NCBI GenBank assembly: GCA_050011355.1
Contig: JBEKJG010000009.1
Location: forward strand, 13,521-77,520
DNA length: 64,000 bases
Reading direction: 5' to 3'
Origin: Thermoplasmata archaeon
Lineage (GTDB): Archaea; Thermoplasmatota; Thermoplasmata; Lutacidiplasmatales; UBA184
Both the position numbers and the translations under genes were made by a program. Within the stretch, counting starts at the first letter, position 1. Each line of letters starts with the position of its first letter. Below the pieces are notes generated by a model. It ran no database searches, had not been told where the DNA came from, and saw only the letters and a list, made by a program, of their open reading frames with translations. Positions 18,795 to 28,053 of the stretch are shown in pieces.

Positions 18795-19649
18795 ATGCTG
18801 AGCGACGACGCTCCGCTGCGGTCGACGACGGAGGTCGCTGCTCCCGAGGAGGCCGACGACGCACCGTCCGGTGGGGCGACCCTCTCCACCGGTGGGAACG
18901 AAGAGGCGACCCCGGACGAGGAGGTCGCCGCGCCTCCGCCCCGACCGGCCGCTCCCCGCCCCGCGTTCAAGTTCTCGACCTTCATCATCGTCTTTCTCGG
19001 GCTGCTCGGCTTTCTCATGCTCATCGAGACGAGCACCCGCAACGCGATCGCGGGCGCGCTCGGGGTGAGCACCTCGTCGGGCGGCCCCCTGTACTACCTC
19101 ATCGGATTCGGGTCGAACCACATCCTCGCGACCATGGCCCTCGCCGGAGCCATCGAGATGGCGATCACGGCGCTCGCCTACAACTACACGACCGACTGGA
19201 CGAAGGCGGCCCGGGTCCAGAAGTGGAACGCGGCGTTCCGCAAGGTCCAGATGGCGGCCGTCCGGTCGGGGAAGAAGGACCGGATCGCCGCGCTGAAGCC
19301 GTTCCAGGAGCGGATCACACGGCTGTCGAGCGAGGTGACGATCGCGCAGTTCAAGGGGATGGCGATCACCTACTTCCTGCTCATCCTCATCTACACCTGG
19401 GTCGGCCTCGTCATCCTCAACGCGACGACCGCCCAGCAGACGGTCAGCCTCGGCGGCTCGCTCGTCAACATCTACACCTTCCACATCTTCGGCTACTTCC
19501 CGCTCTGGTTCCTCATCTTCAGCCTGTACACGGTCCCGGCGTCGATGATCTTCCGGCGCGTGCTGAAGCACTGGTGGCTCCGGCGGTACGCCGAGCAGAA
19601 CCGCATCGTGCCGGCCCCCCCGGCTCCGACGCCGGCGGAGCCGGCGTGA
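18795..19649 (+). CDS. DUF106 / EMC3-TMCO1-like membrane protein (archaeal YidC/Oxa1-like insertase, MJ0480 family)
   Basis: Conserved position after secY. Three hydrophobic helices flank a basic coiled segment (KWNAAFRKVQMAAVRSGKKDRIAALKPFQERITRLSSEV). ~60-aa acidic/proline N-terminal extension. Confidence 0.75.
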   Translation: MLSDDAPLRSTTEVAAPEEADDAPSGGATLSTGGNEEATPDEEVAAPPPRPAAPRPAFKFSTFIIVFLGLLGFLMLIETSTRNAIAGALGVSTSSGGPLYYLIGFGSNHILATMALAGAIEMAITALAYNYTTDWTKAARVQKWNAAFRKVQMAAVRSGKKDRIAALKPFQERITRLSSEVTIAQFKGMAITYFLLILIYTWVGLVILNATTAQQTVSLGGSLVNIYTFHIFGYFPLWFLIFSLYTVPASMIFRRVLKHWWLRRYAEQNRIVPAPPAPTPAEPA

Positions 19650-20194
19650 TCGGTCGGGTCGTCGCGATCGGGGGCCCTCCCGGGAGCGGCAAGTCCACCG
19701 CGGGCCGACGGGTCGTTGACGCCCTGGGTCTCGAGTACCGGAGCGCGGGGGACGTCTTCCGGGCGGAGGCGGCGGCCCGGGGGATGGACGTCGAGGCGTT
19801 CGGGGTCTACGCGGAGGCCCACCCCGAGGTCGACCGCGTCCTGGACGAGACGATGCAGGGGCTCGCGCGTCCGGGGCGCCTCCTGGACGGCCGGATCCAG
19901 GGCGTCCTTTGCCGCCGGCGGGGCACCCCGGTCTACTCGATCGTCGTGACGGCGTCGGAGGAGGAACGGGCCCGTCGGGTCGCCGCCCGGGACGGACAGC
20001 CGCTCGCGGAGGCGCGCGAGAGGATCCGGACACGTGCCGAGAGCGAACGCCGGCGCTACCGTGCCCTGTACGGCATCGAGGTCGACGGGGAAGCGGGCGA
20101 TCTGACCGTCGATTCGACCTCCACCCCGGCGGACCGGGTCGCGGAGGAGATCGTCACCTTCCTGCGGGCCCGGGACGCGGAGGCGCGCGCATGA
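19646..20194 (+). CDS. cmk: Cytidylate kinase, archaeal type
   Basis: GTG 19646 (GTGA overlap). P-loop IGGPPGSGKST, then SAGDVFRAEAAARGMDVEAFGVYAEAHPEVDRVLDE, typical of archaeal Cmk rather than AdkA. Confidence 0.75.
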   Translation: MIGRVVAIGGPPGSGKSTAGRRVVDALGLEYRSAGDVFRAEAAARGMDVEAFGVYAEAHPEVDRVLDETMQGLARPGRLLDGRIQGVLCRRRGTPVYSIVVTASEEERARRVAARDGQPLAEARERIRTRAESERRRYRALYGIEVDGEAGDLTVDSTSTPADRVAEEIVTFLRARDAEARA

Positions 20195-21150
20195 GCGACC
20201 CCGCCCCCGACCCGGTCGCGGAGCGCCTCGCCCAGGGCGCGTTCCTGCTGCTCGACAAGCCCCGCGGCCCCTCCTCGCACCAGGTCACCGCGTGGGCGCG
20301 GGACCTGCTCGGCGTCCCCACGGCGGGCCACGCGGGGACCCTCGACCCGAACGTCTCCGGCCTCCTCTGGGTCGGCCTCGGCCCGGCGCTCAAGCTCCTC
20401 CCGCTCGTCCTCGAGTTCCCGAAACGGTACATCGCCGCGGTGAACCTCCACGTGAACGTGCCCCGGAAGGAGCTCGACCGGGTCGCCGCGGAGTTCGAGG
20501 GACCGGTCTACCAGACCCCGCCGGTCCGCTCCGCCGTCCGGCGGGAACGGCGCGTCCGCACGATCCACCGCCTCCGCATCCTCGAGGTCGAACCGCCCCG
20601 GGTCCTGCTCGACGTCGTCGCCGACTCTGGGACCTACGTCCGGACGCTGGCGGTCGACCTGGGCGACGCGCTCGGCGGCGGCGGGCACATGGAGGAGCTG
20701 CGCCGGGTGGCGACCGGCCCGTTCGAGGAGCGGGCGTCCGTTCCCCTCTCCGCCCTCGCGGACGCGATGGCCGAGAAGGCGGCCGGGGACCCGGCGCCGC
20801 TGCTCGCGATGCTCCACCCGATCGAGGAGGTCTGGCGGGAGTTCCCGAACATCGTCCTGAAGGACGGGGCGGCGAGCGCCGTCGCGCACGGCGCCGGCCT
20901 CGCCCGGGGCGGGATCCTCGCCCTCCCGAGGGCGTTCTCCCGCGGGGCGCGGGTCGCGCTCGTCACCCGCACCGGCGAGCTCATCGCCACGGGCGTCGCC
21001 CACTACGACTCGAAGGAGTTCGGGGGCGTGAAACAGGGTTGGGTCGTCGAGGACACCCGCGTCTTCGTCGACCCGCTGCGGTTCCCCCCGCGGTGGAAAA
21101 AGTCGGGGCCGTCGCCGGCCGCCGCCTCCCGTGCGCCCTCCGCCCACTAG
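20191..21150 (+). CDS. cbf5: tRNA/rRNA pseudouridine synthase Cbf5 (TruB family, H/ACA RNP catalytic subunit) with PUA domain
   Basis: ATG 20191 (ATGA overlap with cmk). Motifs: LLLDKPRGPSSHQV, catalytic HAGTLDPNVSGLL, and the PUA-like C-terminus IVLKDGAASAVAHGAGL. Confidence 0.88.
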   Translation: MSDPAPDPVAERLAQGAFLLLDKPRGPSSHQVTAWARDLLGVPTAGHAGTLDPNVSGLLWVGLGPALKLLPLVLEFPKRYIAAVNLHVNVPRKELDRVAAEFEGPVYQTPPVRSAVRRERRVRTIHRLRILEVEPPRVLLDVVADSGTYVRTLAVDLGDALGGGGHMEELRRVATGPFEERASVPLSALADAMAEKAAGDPAPLLAMLHPIEEVWREFPNIVLKDGAASAVAHGAGLARGGILALPRAFSRGARVALVTRTGELIATGVAHYDSKEFGGVKQGWVVEDTRVFVDPLRFPPRWKKSGPSPAAASRAPSAH

Positions 21151-21180
21151 GGTTATCTTCCGCAAATCCCCGAGGGCGGC

Positions 21181-24100
21181 GTGAGCTCCGGGCCCTCCCA
21201 CGACCAGACGCTCGGGTTCCGGCTGTTCGGGGGCCTCGCCCGGGGGGTCGTCCGGCATCCCTGGTACCCGGTCCTCTTCTGGGTCGCGCTGCTGGTCGTC
21301 GCGGTCCCGTTCCTCCCGCTCATCGGGTCGGTGACGACCAACTCGAGCCAGACGGTCTCCTCCTCCTCGCCGAGCTCGCTCGCGAACGCCGAGTTCGCCC
21401 GGCTCTTCCCGAACGAGTCGGGGGGCTCGTCCAGCATCCTCCTGTTCACGGGGCCGAACCTGACCGACCGGAACGCCCAGGGGGCGCTCCAGAACGTCAC
21501 GGCGGCCCTCCTCGCCGACCGCTCGCTCCAGGACGTGGCCTCCGTCAGCAGCGTCTACACTTCGTACGCGGCCGACCTCGCCGGCCAGGTGCGGATCGCC
21601 GCCGGCGCCATCGCGGCCGCCACCACCGGCCCCACCGGTCTCACGGCGGGGATCAACGGCTCGGCCGCGCTCCTCTGGGGCCCTCCGGCCCTCTTCGTCG
21701 GGACGTGGGAGGCGCTCCTCAGCAACACGTCCCAGCCGCCGGCCTACTGGAACTCCGTCGCCTACGCCGAGACCGTGTCGGCCCTCGCGAACAGCTCCGG
21801 GGCCCTCGCGGTGCTCTCGGCGTTCTACCTCGGGGCGGGGGGAGACGGGGCCGGGTTCAACGGGACCGCGGCGTGCGCGTCCGCCCCGCTCTCGGTGGTG
21901 GCGTGCTCGGACGCGGTCCTCCGAGGGCAGGTGGTCTCCCTCCTCCCGAGCCTCTTCCCTACCCCGGCGGAGCAGGCGCTCGCCGGCGCCGTCCTCGGGG
22001 GGCTCGGGGTCGAGAACTCGACCGAGTGGACGAGCGTACGCTCGCTCGCCTCGACGCTCCTTGGCCCGGAGGTCGGCTTCCCGGCGGGTTGGGTCGACAC
22101 GGTCTGGACGGCGTTCCCCGCGGCGCCCCCGTCCGGCGCGGCGGCGCTCGCCTGGGCCAACGGGACGGTCGCGAACGCCACGCTCTGGACCGAACCGCTC
22201 CCGGTCCCCTACGCCCTCCTCTCCCAGTTCGTGAACCCGGCCGGAACCGCATCCATCATCAACGTCGCGTTCTCCGTTTCCGATTCGTACACCAACTCGA
22301 GCGGAGCGAACCCCGTCTTCGCGGACTTCCCCAAGATCGACGACCGGGCGCAGGCGGTCCTCGCCTCCTCCGACCCCTCGCGCGCGATCTCCTACGTGCA
22401 GACCGGGCCCGGCCCGCTCGACCTGTTCACGCAGTCCGCGGTGAACTCGACCCTCGCGCTCGTCCTCCCGCTGACGGTCGGGCTGCTCCTGGTCATCGCG
22501 ATGCTCTACTTCCGGTCCCCGATCACCCCGCTCGTCACGTTCGCCGGGCTCGGGATCGCCCTCGTCCTCGCGCTGGGCGGGACCGTCCTCATCGGAAAGC
22601 TGTTCGGCGCGGTCGACACGACCTCGCTCACGCTCGAGGAGGTGTTCGTCCTCGGCGTCGGGACCGATTACTCGATCTTCCTGGTCGCGCGGTACCGGGA
22701 GGAGCTGATCCGGGGAACGCCGCGGGACGACGCGATCATAAACTCCGTCGGGTGGGCGGGCCAATCGGTCGCGACCAGCGGCTCGACCGCGATCATCGCC
22801 ACGCTCGCGCTCACGTTCAGCGGGATCGCGCTCCTCGCGCAGTGGGGCTCGGTGCTCTCGCTCGCGATCCTGATCACGATCCTGATGTCGCTCACGCTCG
22901 TCCCCGCCTTCCTGAAGCTCCTCGGCCCCCGGATCTTCTGGCCGACGAGCGGCGCGCGGTTCGAACGTCACGCGCGGCAGGCCGCCGAGAACATCGCGAA
23001 GGAGCGGACCTACTTCTACCGGGTCGGGCGGCTGACCCAGCGCCGGCCGGTAGTGATCGTCGCCGTGCTGATCGTGGTCAGCATCCCGCTCATCTACCTC
23101 GCGCTCAACGTCCCGCTGGCCTACGACTTCTACGGCCAACTGCCGACCGGCCATCCCGCGACCGACGGCCTCCAGTCGCTGTACCAGCACTACGGATCCG
23201 GGTTCGCGACGCCGTCGTTCGCCCTGGTGACGTTCTCCGCCCCGCTCGTGGTGGGGAACCACACGAACGCCGTCGAGTTCACCGACCTCGCGGCGCTGAC
23301 GTCCCGGGCGGAGAACACCTCCGGGATCACGTCGGTCCAGTCGCCGGTGGGGCCGGACGGCGCCTCCCTCGCGACCTGGTTGAACCTGTCCACCCTCCCG
23401 ACCGCTCCGCAGCAGAACCTGCTCGGGACGCTCGGCGGGTTCGTGGGGACCGACGGGACCACGGTCCTCCTGACGCTCGTCCCGAGCTCGACCGGCCTCT
23501 CCCAGAACGCCGTCCAGTCGGTGAAGGCGGTGGAGGCGTCGTTCTCGGGGTATACGGCGACCCATCCCGAGATCGCCGCGGTCGCGTACGGGGGCGGGGC
23601 CCCCACGATCGGGGACCTGGCCGACGAGACGTCGCATGCGACCCTGATCCTGATCATCGCCGTCTCGCTCGGCCTGCTCATCGTCCTCATCGCGGTGCTG
23701 CGCACGTGGATCATCGCACTGATGGCGATCGCGACGATCGGCCTGTCGATCAGCTGGGCGTGGGCGATCACCTACCTCGTCTTCCAGCAGGTGCTGGGGT
23801 TCCCGCTCTTCTTCTACGTGCGGACGATCCTGTTCCTGCTCATCCTCGGGCTCGGGATCGACTACAACATCTTCGTCCTCAGCCGGGTGCGCGAGGAGCG
23901 ACTCCGCGGACGGTCGTCCAGCGAGGCGGTCGTCACCGCGGTCGGGCGGACCGGCGGGATCATCACGGCCGCCGCCATCATCCTCGCGAGCGCGTTCGGC
24001 GCGCTGATGGTCGGCGAGTTCACGCTCATCCGGGCGATCGGCTTCTCGGTGGCCGTCGCGGTCATCCTGGACGCGATGGTCGTTCGGACGTACCTCGTCC

Positions 24101-24225
24101 CCGCCTTCCTGCAGGTCCTGGGCGACCGGGCCTGGAGCCTGACCGGTCGGCGCGGCCCGAAGTCGATGGCCGGGACCCCCCCGACCGAGGCCCCTGCGGG
24201 CGCGAGCGGCGACGCTACGCCGTGA
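21181..24225 (+). CDS. MMPL/RND-superfamily membrane transporter
   Basis: 1014 aa. Two large extracytoplasmic regions each followed by about 5 TM helices. Duplicated MMPL-type blocks GVGTDYSIFLVARYREEL and GLGIDYNIFVLSRVREE. Confidence 0.75.
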   Translation: MSSGPSHDQTLGFRLFGGLARGVVRHPWYPVLFWVALLVVAVPFLPLIGSVTTNSSQTVSSSSPSSLANAEFARLFPNESGGSSSILLFTGPNLTDRNAQGALQNVTAALLADRSLQDVASVSSVYTSYAADLAGQVRIAAGAIAAATTGPTGLTAGINGSAALLWGPPALFVGTWEALLSNTSQPPAYWNSVAYAETVSALANSSGALAVLSAFYLGAGGDGAGFNGTAACASAPLSVVACSDAVLRGQVVSLLPSLFPTPAEQALAGAVLGGLGVENSTEWTSVRSLASTLLGPEVGFPAGWVDTVWTAFPAAPPSGAAALAWANGTVANATLWTEPLPVPYALLSQFVNPAGTASIINVAFSVSDSYTNSSGANPVFADFPKIDDRAQAVLASSDPSRAISYVQTGPGPLDLFTQSAVNSTLALVLPLTVGLLLVIAMLYFRSPITPLVTFAGLGIALVLALGGTVLIGKLFGAVDTTSLTLEEVFVLGVGTDYSIFLVARYREELIRGTPRDDAIINSVGWAGQSVATSGSTAIIATLALTFSGIALLAQWGSVLSLAILITILMSLTLVPAFLKLLGPRIFWPTSGARFERHARQAAENIAKERTYFYRVGRLTQRRPVVIVAVLIVVSIPLIYLALNVPLAYDFYGQLPTGHPATDGLQSLYQHYGSGFATPSFALVTFSAPLVVGNHTNAVEFTDLAALTSRAENTSGITSVQSPVGPDGASLATWLNLSTLPTAPQQNLLGTLGGFVGTDGTTVLLTLVPSSTGLSQNAVQSVKAVEASFSGYTATHPEIAAVAYGGGAPTIGDLADETSHATLILIIAVSLGLLIVLIAVLRTWIIALMAIATIGLSISWAWAITYLVFQQVLGFPLFFYVRTILFLLILGLGIDYNIFVLSRVREERLRGRSSSEAVVTAVGRTGGIITAAAIILASAFGALMVGEFTLIRAIGFSVAVAVILDAMVVRTYLVPAFLQVLGDRAWSLTGRRGPKSMAGTPPTEAPAGASGDATP

Positions 24226-24655
24226 GGAACCGTTCCCGCGCGTGCACGACGTGCGCGTCGGCGGACGAGGAGTCGACCACCTCGACCACCTTCCCCGACC
24301 CGTCGATGAGGAACGTCACGCGGCGAGCGGAGCCGCTGGGCTTCAGGACGCCGTACTTGGTGGCGACCTCCTTCTTCGAGTCGGCGATGAGCGGGAATCG
24401 GAGGCCGTACTTGTTGGCGAACGCCTTCTGGGCCGGACAGTCGTCGGTGCTGACCCCGACGACCCGGACGTTCTTGGCGGCGAACTCGGCCAGGTAGTTC
24501 TGGAACCCCTTCGCCTCGATCGTGCAGCCCGGGGTGTCCGCGGCGGGATAGAAGTACAGCACCACCGGCGAGCCCCGCAACGACGAGAGCGTGAACGGCT
24601 TTCCATCCTGGTCCGGCGCGACGAAATCCGGAGCGGCCTGCCCTGTCTCGACCAT
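24215..24655 (-). CDS. bcp: Peroxiredoxin, Bcp type (thiol peroxidase)
   Basis: APDFVAPDQDGKPFTLSSLRGSPVVLYFYPAADTPGCT contains the peroxidatic Cys motif. Convergent 11-nt overlap with the MMPL gene. Confidence 0.88.
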   Translation of the reverse strand: MVETGQAAPDFVAPDQDGKPFTLSSLRGSPVVLYFYPAADTPGCTIEAKGFQNYLAEFAAKNVRVVGVSTDDCPAQKAFANKYGLRFPLIADSKKEVATKYGVLKPSGSARRVTFLIDGSGKVVEVVDSSSADAHVVHARERFLTA

Positions 24656-24676
24656 TCGTCCCCCACTCGTCTCGGT

Positions 24677-24685
24677 CTATTTTAG
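24677..24685 (-). promoter_or_regulatory. TATA-like box (CTAAAATAG on minus strand) ~26 nt upstream of the bcp ATG
   Basis: Only A/T-rich stretch next to the bcp start; leaderless spacing. Confidence 0.4.
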
Positions 24686-24795
24686 CCCGTCTTCGCGGTT
24701 CGCGCTAATGCGGGGAGTCCGGGGCCACCTCGCCCCGCAGGGGTTCGCCCGAAACTCTCCGCAGTCGTCGAGTCGGCCGGGACCCAGCGAGGTAC

Positions 24796-25032
24796 CTAGC
24801 TGGTGGCGACCGTGACGAGGGTCTCGGTCGACTTGATCCCCGGGACCTTCCGGATCTTGTGGACGACCGTATCGAGGGCGGCGTTGATGTGGGGCGCCTC
24901 GACCTTGACGATCAGGTCGAACGGGCCCGTGACCGCCTGGACCTCGGTGACCTCGGGGATGCCGCGGAGCCTCCGCGCCACCTCGTCCAGGCGGCCGACC
25001 TCGGTGACCACGAGCAGGTAGACGATCTCCAT
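24796..25032 (-). CDS. Stand-alone AsnC/Lrp-type ligand-binding (RAM) domain protein, 78 aa
   Basis: MEIVYLLVVTEVGRLDEVARRLRGIPEVTEVQAVTGPFDLIVKVEAP... is typical of AsnC_trans_reg domains without an HTH. ATG 25032 chosen inside track ORF 24796..25089. Confidence 0.6.
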   Translation of the reverse strand: MEIVYLLVVTEVGRLDEVARRLRGIPEVTEVQAVTGPFDLIVKVEAPHINAALDTVVHKIRKVPGIKSTETLVTVATS

Positions 25033-25145
25033 CCCTGGGTCTCGAGCGAGGACAACCCCTTCCCCAGATGAATTTACCGGGTCCTCCACTCCCCGTTTCT
25101 CGTTCCCAAAGAGCTAATGCGGCTCGGTGGCCGCTCTCGGTGGCG

Positions 25146-26363
25146 ATGGACCTGCTCCTCCGGGATACCCTCTCGGGCCGTGTCAAGGCGGTACACCACC
25201 GACCGGGCCGGCCGGTCGGCCTCTACGTGTGCGGCCCCACGGTCTACGACGGCGCCCACGTCGGCCATGCCCGGACCTACCTGTTCTTCGACCTGGTGCG
25301 CCGCCACCTCGAGGCGGAGGGGATCCCCGTGCGCCACGTGATGAACGTGACGAACTTCGAGGACAAGATCGACGTCCGCGCGGCCCAGCTGGGACTGTCG
25401 TGGAAGTCGCTCGCTCTGCGCGAGGAGGCGAGCTTCCTCCGCGACCTGCGCGCGCTCCGCATCCTCTCACCCCACGTCCGCCCGCGCGCCAGCGACTATG
25501 TCCCCCAGATGACGGAGGTCGCCCGCCGGCTCGCGAAGACGGGCCGGGTCCACCGCCAGGGCGACGAGTGGCTGTATACGCCTCCCCCCCGCGCCGCGGG
25601 TGTCAACTTTCCCACCGGGGCCGAGCTCGCATCCCACGCGGTCGAGGAGCCCGGGCACCCGTTCCCGCTCGAGGGAAATGCCGCGGGCGATTTCATGGTC
25701 TGGAAGCTCCAGGAGCCCCCGCACCCGTCCTGGGAGGGTCCCTGGGGACGCGGGACCCCCGGCTGGCACCTCGAATGCTACGCGATGGCCCACGAGCTCA
25801 TCGGCCTCCCCGTCGACATCCACGGCGGGGGGCTCGACCTGATCTTCCCGCACCACTACTCCGAGAACGAGGTGGCGCTCGCGCTCGACCACAAGCCGTT
25901 CGCGCACCTGTTCGTCCATCCGGCCCTCGTGCTCTGGGCCGGCTCGAAGATGTCCAAATCCCGGGGAAACCTCGTCCCGCTGCGCAGCGCCCTGCGCGAC
26001 GTGGGACCGGACGCGCTCCGATGGTATCTCATCGGCCAGCCGATGACCGAGCGCCTGAACTGGTCCTCGGTCGCCCTTCGCCGGGCGGCGAACGAGTGGC
26101 GTAGGATCCGCCGAACGGTCCGGTTCTGGCTCCGCACGGGAACGGGGGGCCACATCGGGGCCCTGCGGGCCGAGGAGGTCGCCGCGGCCGTCCGCCGCGA
26201 TGTGGCCGCGGACCTCGCGACCGACCGGGTCTTCGACCACCTTCGGAGCCTCGCCGCCTCGATCGACGCCGACCCCACCGGGCACGTGCCGACCGGCGAC
26301 GGACGGGCCGCCCGGGCGGCCATCCGCGATGTCGAGCGGCGGACGGGGCTATCGTTTTCCTGA
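25146..26363 (+). CDS. cysS: Cysteine--tRNA ligase (short form, 405 aa)
   Basis: HIGH motif HVGHARTY, Zn-site block PGWHLECYAM, KMSKS motif GSKMSKSRGN. ATG 25146 chosen; the track start at 25068 adds a non-homologous leader. Confidence 0.88.
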   Translation: MDLLLRDTLSGRVKAVHHRPGRPVGLYVCGPTVYDGAHVGHARTYLFFDLVRRHLEAEGIPVRHVMNVTNFEDKIDVRAAQLGLSWKSLALREEASFLRDLRALRILSPHVRPRASDYVPQMTEVARRLAKTGRVHRQGDEWLYTPPPRAAGVNFPTGAELASHAVEEPGHPFPLEGNAAGDFMVWKLQEPPHPSWEGPWGRGTPGWHLECYAMAHELIGLPVDIHGGGLDLIFPHHYSENEVALALDHKPFAHLFVHPALVLWAGSKMSKSRGNLVPLRSALRDVGPDALRWYLIGQPMTERLNWSSVALRRAANEWRRIRRTVRFWLRTGTGGHIGALRAEEVAAAVRRDVAADLATDRVFDHLRSLAASIDADPTGHVPTGDGRAARAAIRDVERRTGLSFS

Positions 26364-26407
26364 GACCGGAGGTGTCCGTCCCAAGATCCTGGGATCGGAC
26401 CCGGCGC

Positions 26408-27958
26408 TCAGGGCGGCGAGGGAGGCTCGCGATCGCCGGACGGTTCTGCGATCCCCGGAGGTGATTTTCCTTTGAACGAAGAGAGAACGATCGCGGCGGC
26501 GGCGAGGGAGCCGACAGCAATGATCCCGAACCCGAGCGCGTAGTATCCGTCCGTCGCGGGTAAGCCAAGGAAGGTCGGCGGTGGCGGCAGGGCGAAGGGC
26601 AGGCTGACCGTCACATTGGCTCCGTCCACCGCAAACGACCCTCCCCCGTTGGAGTAGTTCTGGGCGAGCGTCTGGCCGACGTACGGGTAGGTCCCGTTGG
26701 CCTCGGTCCACGGGAGCGTCGTGGTGTTGGAGAAGATCAGGCGGCTCCCCGTCATGTTGACCCACCACTCGCTCCCGGCGGGCAGCCCGTGTTCGACGAA
26801 CGTCACGGGATATCGGGGCAGGATCACGCTCACATTGTCGTCCGTCGACACCCAGTAGACGTCCCCGTTCCGGTCATCGTACACCCCGGTGCTCGGGACG
26901 GCTCCCATCCGCAGTGTCCCGACGACCCCCATGTTGTACACCACGTCCATTGACGAGGGGAGGTAGTTGACCGACATCACGTAGAGAAGGCCGTCTCCGC
27001 TGTCCATCGTTCCCGAGTAGGCGCTTCCCCCCGTGTTCAAGGTCCCGAGCCACTCGGTCCCCCGCACCTCGTAAACGTCCCCCGCGGCCACGTAGAGGTC
27101 CCCGGTCCAGGGGTCGTACGTCGAGTCGATCACCCCGGTTCCCAACGTGATCCAGGCGATGACCTTCGTGCCGTTGAGGATGGTGAGGTTGCCGGATTGG
27201 CAGTTGACGTAGACGAACCCGTCCTGAGGATCGTACGTGGACGTGGTCGGCGACATCCCGACGATCACGGTCCCGACGAGGGTCGTACCGTCAATGATGC
27301 TCACCTGGCCAAAGGTGTCCACGACGTAGATTAGCCCGTCCTGCGGGTCGTAGGTGACACCGCCGGCCGCCCCGAAGTACCCGGATCCGATGACGACCGT
27401 CCCGACCAGCGTGGTCCCGTTGATGACGCTCACTTCGAGGTCGTTCACGACGTAGACGTAGCCGTTCCGGAGGTCGAGCCCCAGGTGGGAGGGTTCGGTT
27501 CCGACCGTCACGGTGCCGACGACCCGGGTCCCATCGATCACGCTCACATTGCTCGAACCGGAGTTGGAGACGTACACCTCCCCGGTCTCGCTATCGTAGA
27601 GAACGCACGTCGGGCTCGCCCCCACCCCGACGGTGCCGATGACGGTGGTCCCGTCGATCACGCTCACATTTCCGGACACCTCGTTGGTCACGTAGACGTA
27701 CCCGTTCTCGGAATCGTAGGCCTCGAACGCCGGCCCCTCTCCCACCCCTACGGACACGACCGAAGGAGATCCTACCGCCGTATTGGAGGTGGTCGCGCCG
27801 CCCAAGGCCCCCCGGGGACCCTGAAGGCTGTGCTCGACCGACCCCGGGCCCGCCGACCGCGATCCGGTGGGGAGGACTCCGACCGCCGAGCCCAGGAGGA
27901 GCGCCATCAGAACGATGGCCACCAGGGGCGCCCGGCCGCCGGTGGTTGAAGTACTCAC
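26408..27958 (-). CDS. Secreted YVTN-family beta-propeller repeat protein with a C-terminal membrane anchor
   Basis: N-terminal signal-like helix (APLVAIVLMALLLGSAVG). At least 7 repeats of G.VYV.N...SNVSVIDGTT.VGTV.VG..P. A C-terminal Ig-like segment is followed by the TM helix ALGFGIIAVGSLAAAAIVL. Confidence 0.75.
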   Translation of the reverse strand: MSTSTTGGRAPLVAIVLMALLLGSAVGVLPTGSRSAGPGSVEHSLQGPRGALGGATTSNTAVGSPSVVSVGVGEGPAFEAYDSENGYVYVTNEVSGNVSVIDGTTVIGTVGVGASPTCVLYDSETGEVYVSNSGSSNVSVIDGTRVVGTVTVGTEPSHLGLDLRNGYVYVVNDLEVSVINGTTLVGTVVIGSGYFGAAGGVTYDPQDGLIYVVDTFGQVSIIDGTTLVGTVIVGMSPTTSTYDPQDGFVYVNCQSGNLTILNGTKVIAWITLGTGVIDSTYDPWTGDLYVAAGDVYEVRGTEWLGTLNTGGSAYSGTMDSGDGLLYVMSVNYLPSSMDVVYNMGVVGTLRMGAVPSTGVYDDRNGDVYWVSTDDNVSVILPRYPVTFVEHGLPAGSEWWVNMTGSRLIFSNTTTLPWTEANGTYPYVGQTLAQNYSNGGGSFAVDGANVTVSLPFALPPPPTFLGLPATDGYYALGFGIIAVGSLAAAAIVLSSFKGKSPPGIAEPSGDREPPSPP

Positions 27959-27983
27959 GGACTCCCGGTACCCGAGGGTTGGG

Positions 27984-27988
27984 TTATA
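27984..27988 (-). promoter_or_regulatory. TATA-like element (GGTATAAC on minus strand) 28 nt upstream of the YVTN gene ATG
   Basis: A/T core in a GC-rich spacer; leaderless spacing. Confidence 0.35.
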
Positions 27989-28053
27989 CCCTACCGCTCA
28001 GGCTCGTGCATCGGGGACTGGGTCCGGTCGCTCGGCGCGAGGGTCTGACGTCC

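Noticed and set aside
24704-25122. 10-mer GCTAATGCGG present twice (24704-24713 and 25113-25122), flanking the small AsnC-type gene; considered as a regulator binding site
   Set aside because: Repeated 10-mers are expected many times by chance in 64 kb. The second copy is adequately explained as the weak TATA region of cysS. No palindromic or spaced-dyad structure supports an operator.
25068-25145. Longer N-terminal versions offered by the ORF track: cysS from 25068, top6A from 29523, kbl from 3244, rpl3 from 4766, the AsnC-type gene from 25089 and the MTase fusion from 49902
   Set aside because: The extra residues are shadow-like (R/P/S-rich), overlap neighbouring genes or promoters, and lie upstream of the point where family homology begins. 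Internal ATG/GTG codons give normal protein lengths.
26378-26397. Small inverted repeat TCCCA-agatcc-TGGGA between convergent cysS and the YVTN gene; considered as a bidirectional terminator
   Set aside because: It has only a 5-bp stem with no adjacent T-tract, so it cannot be distinguished from chance.
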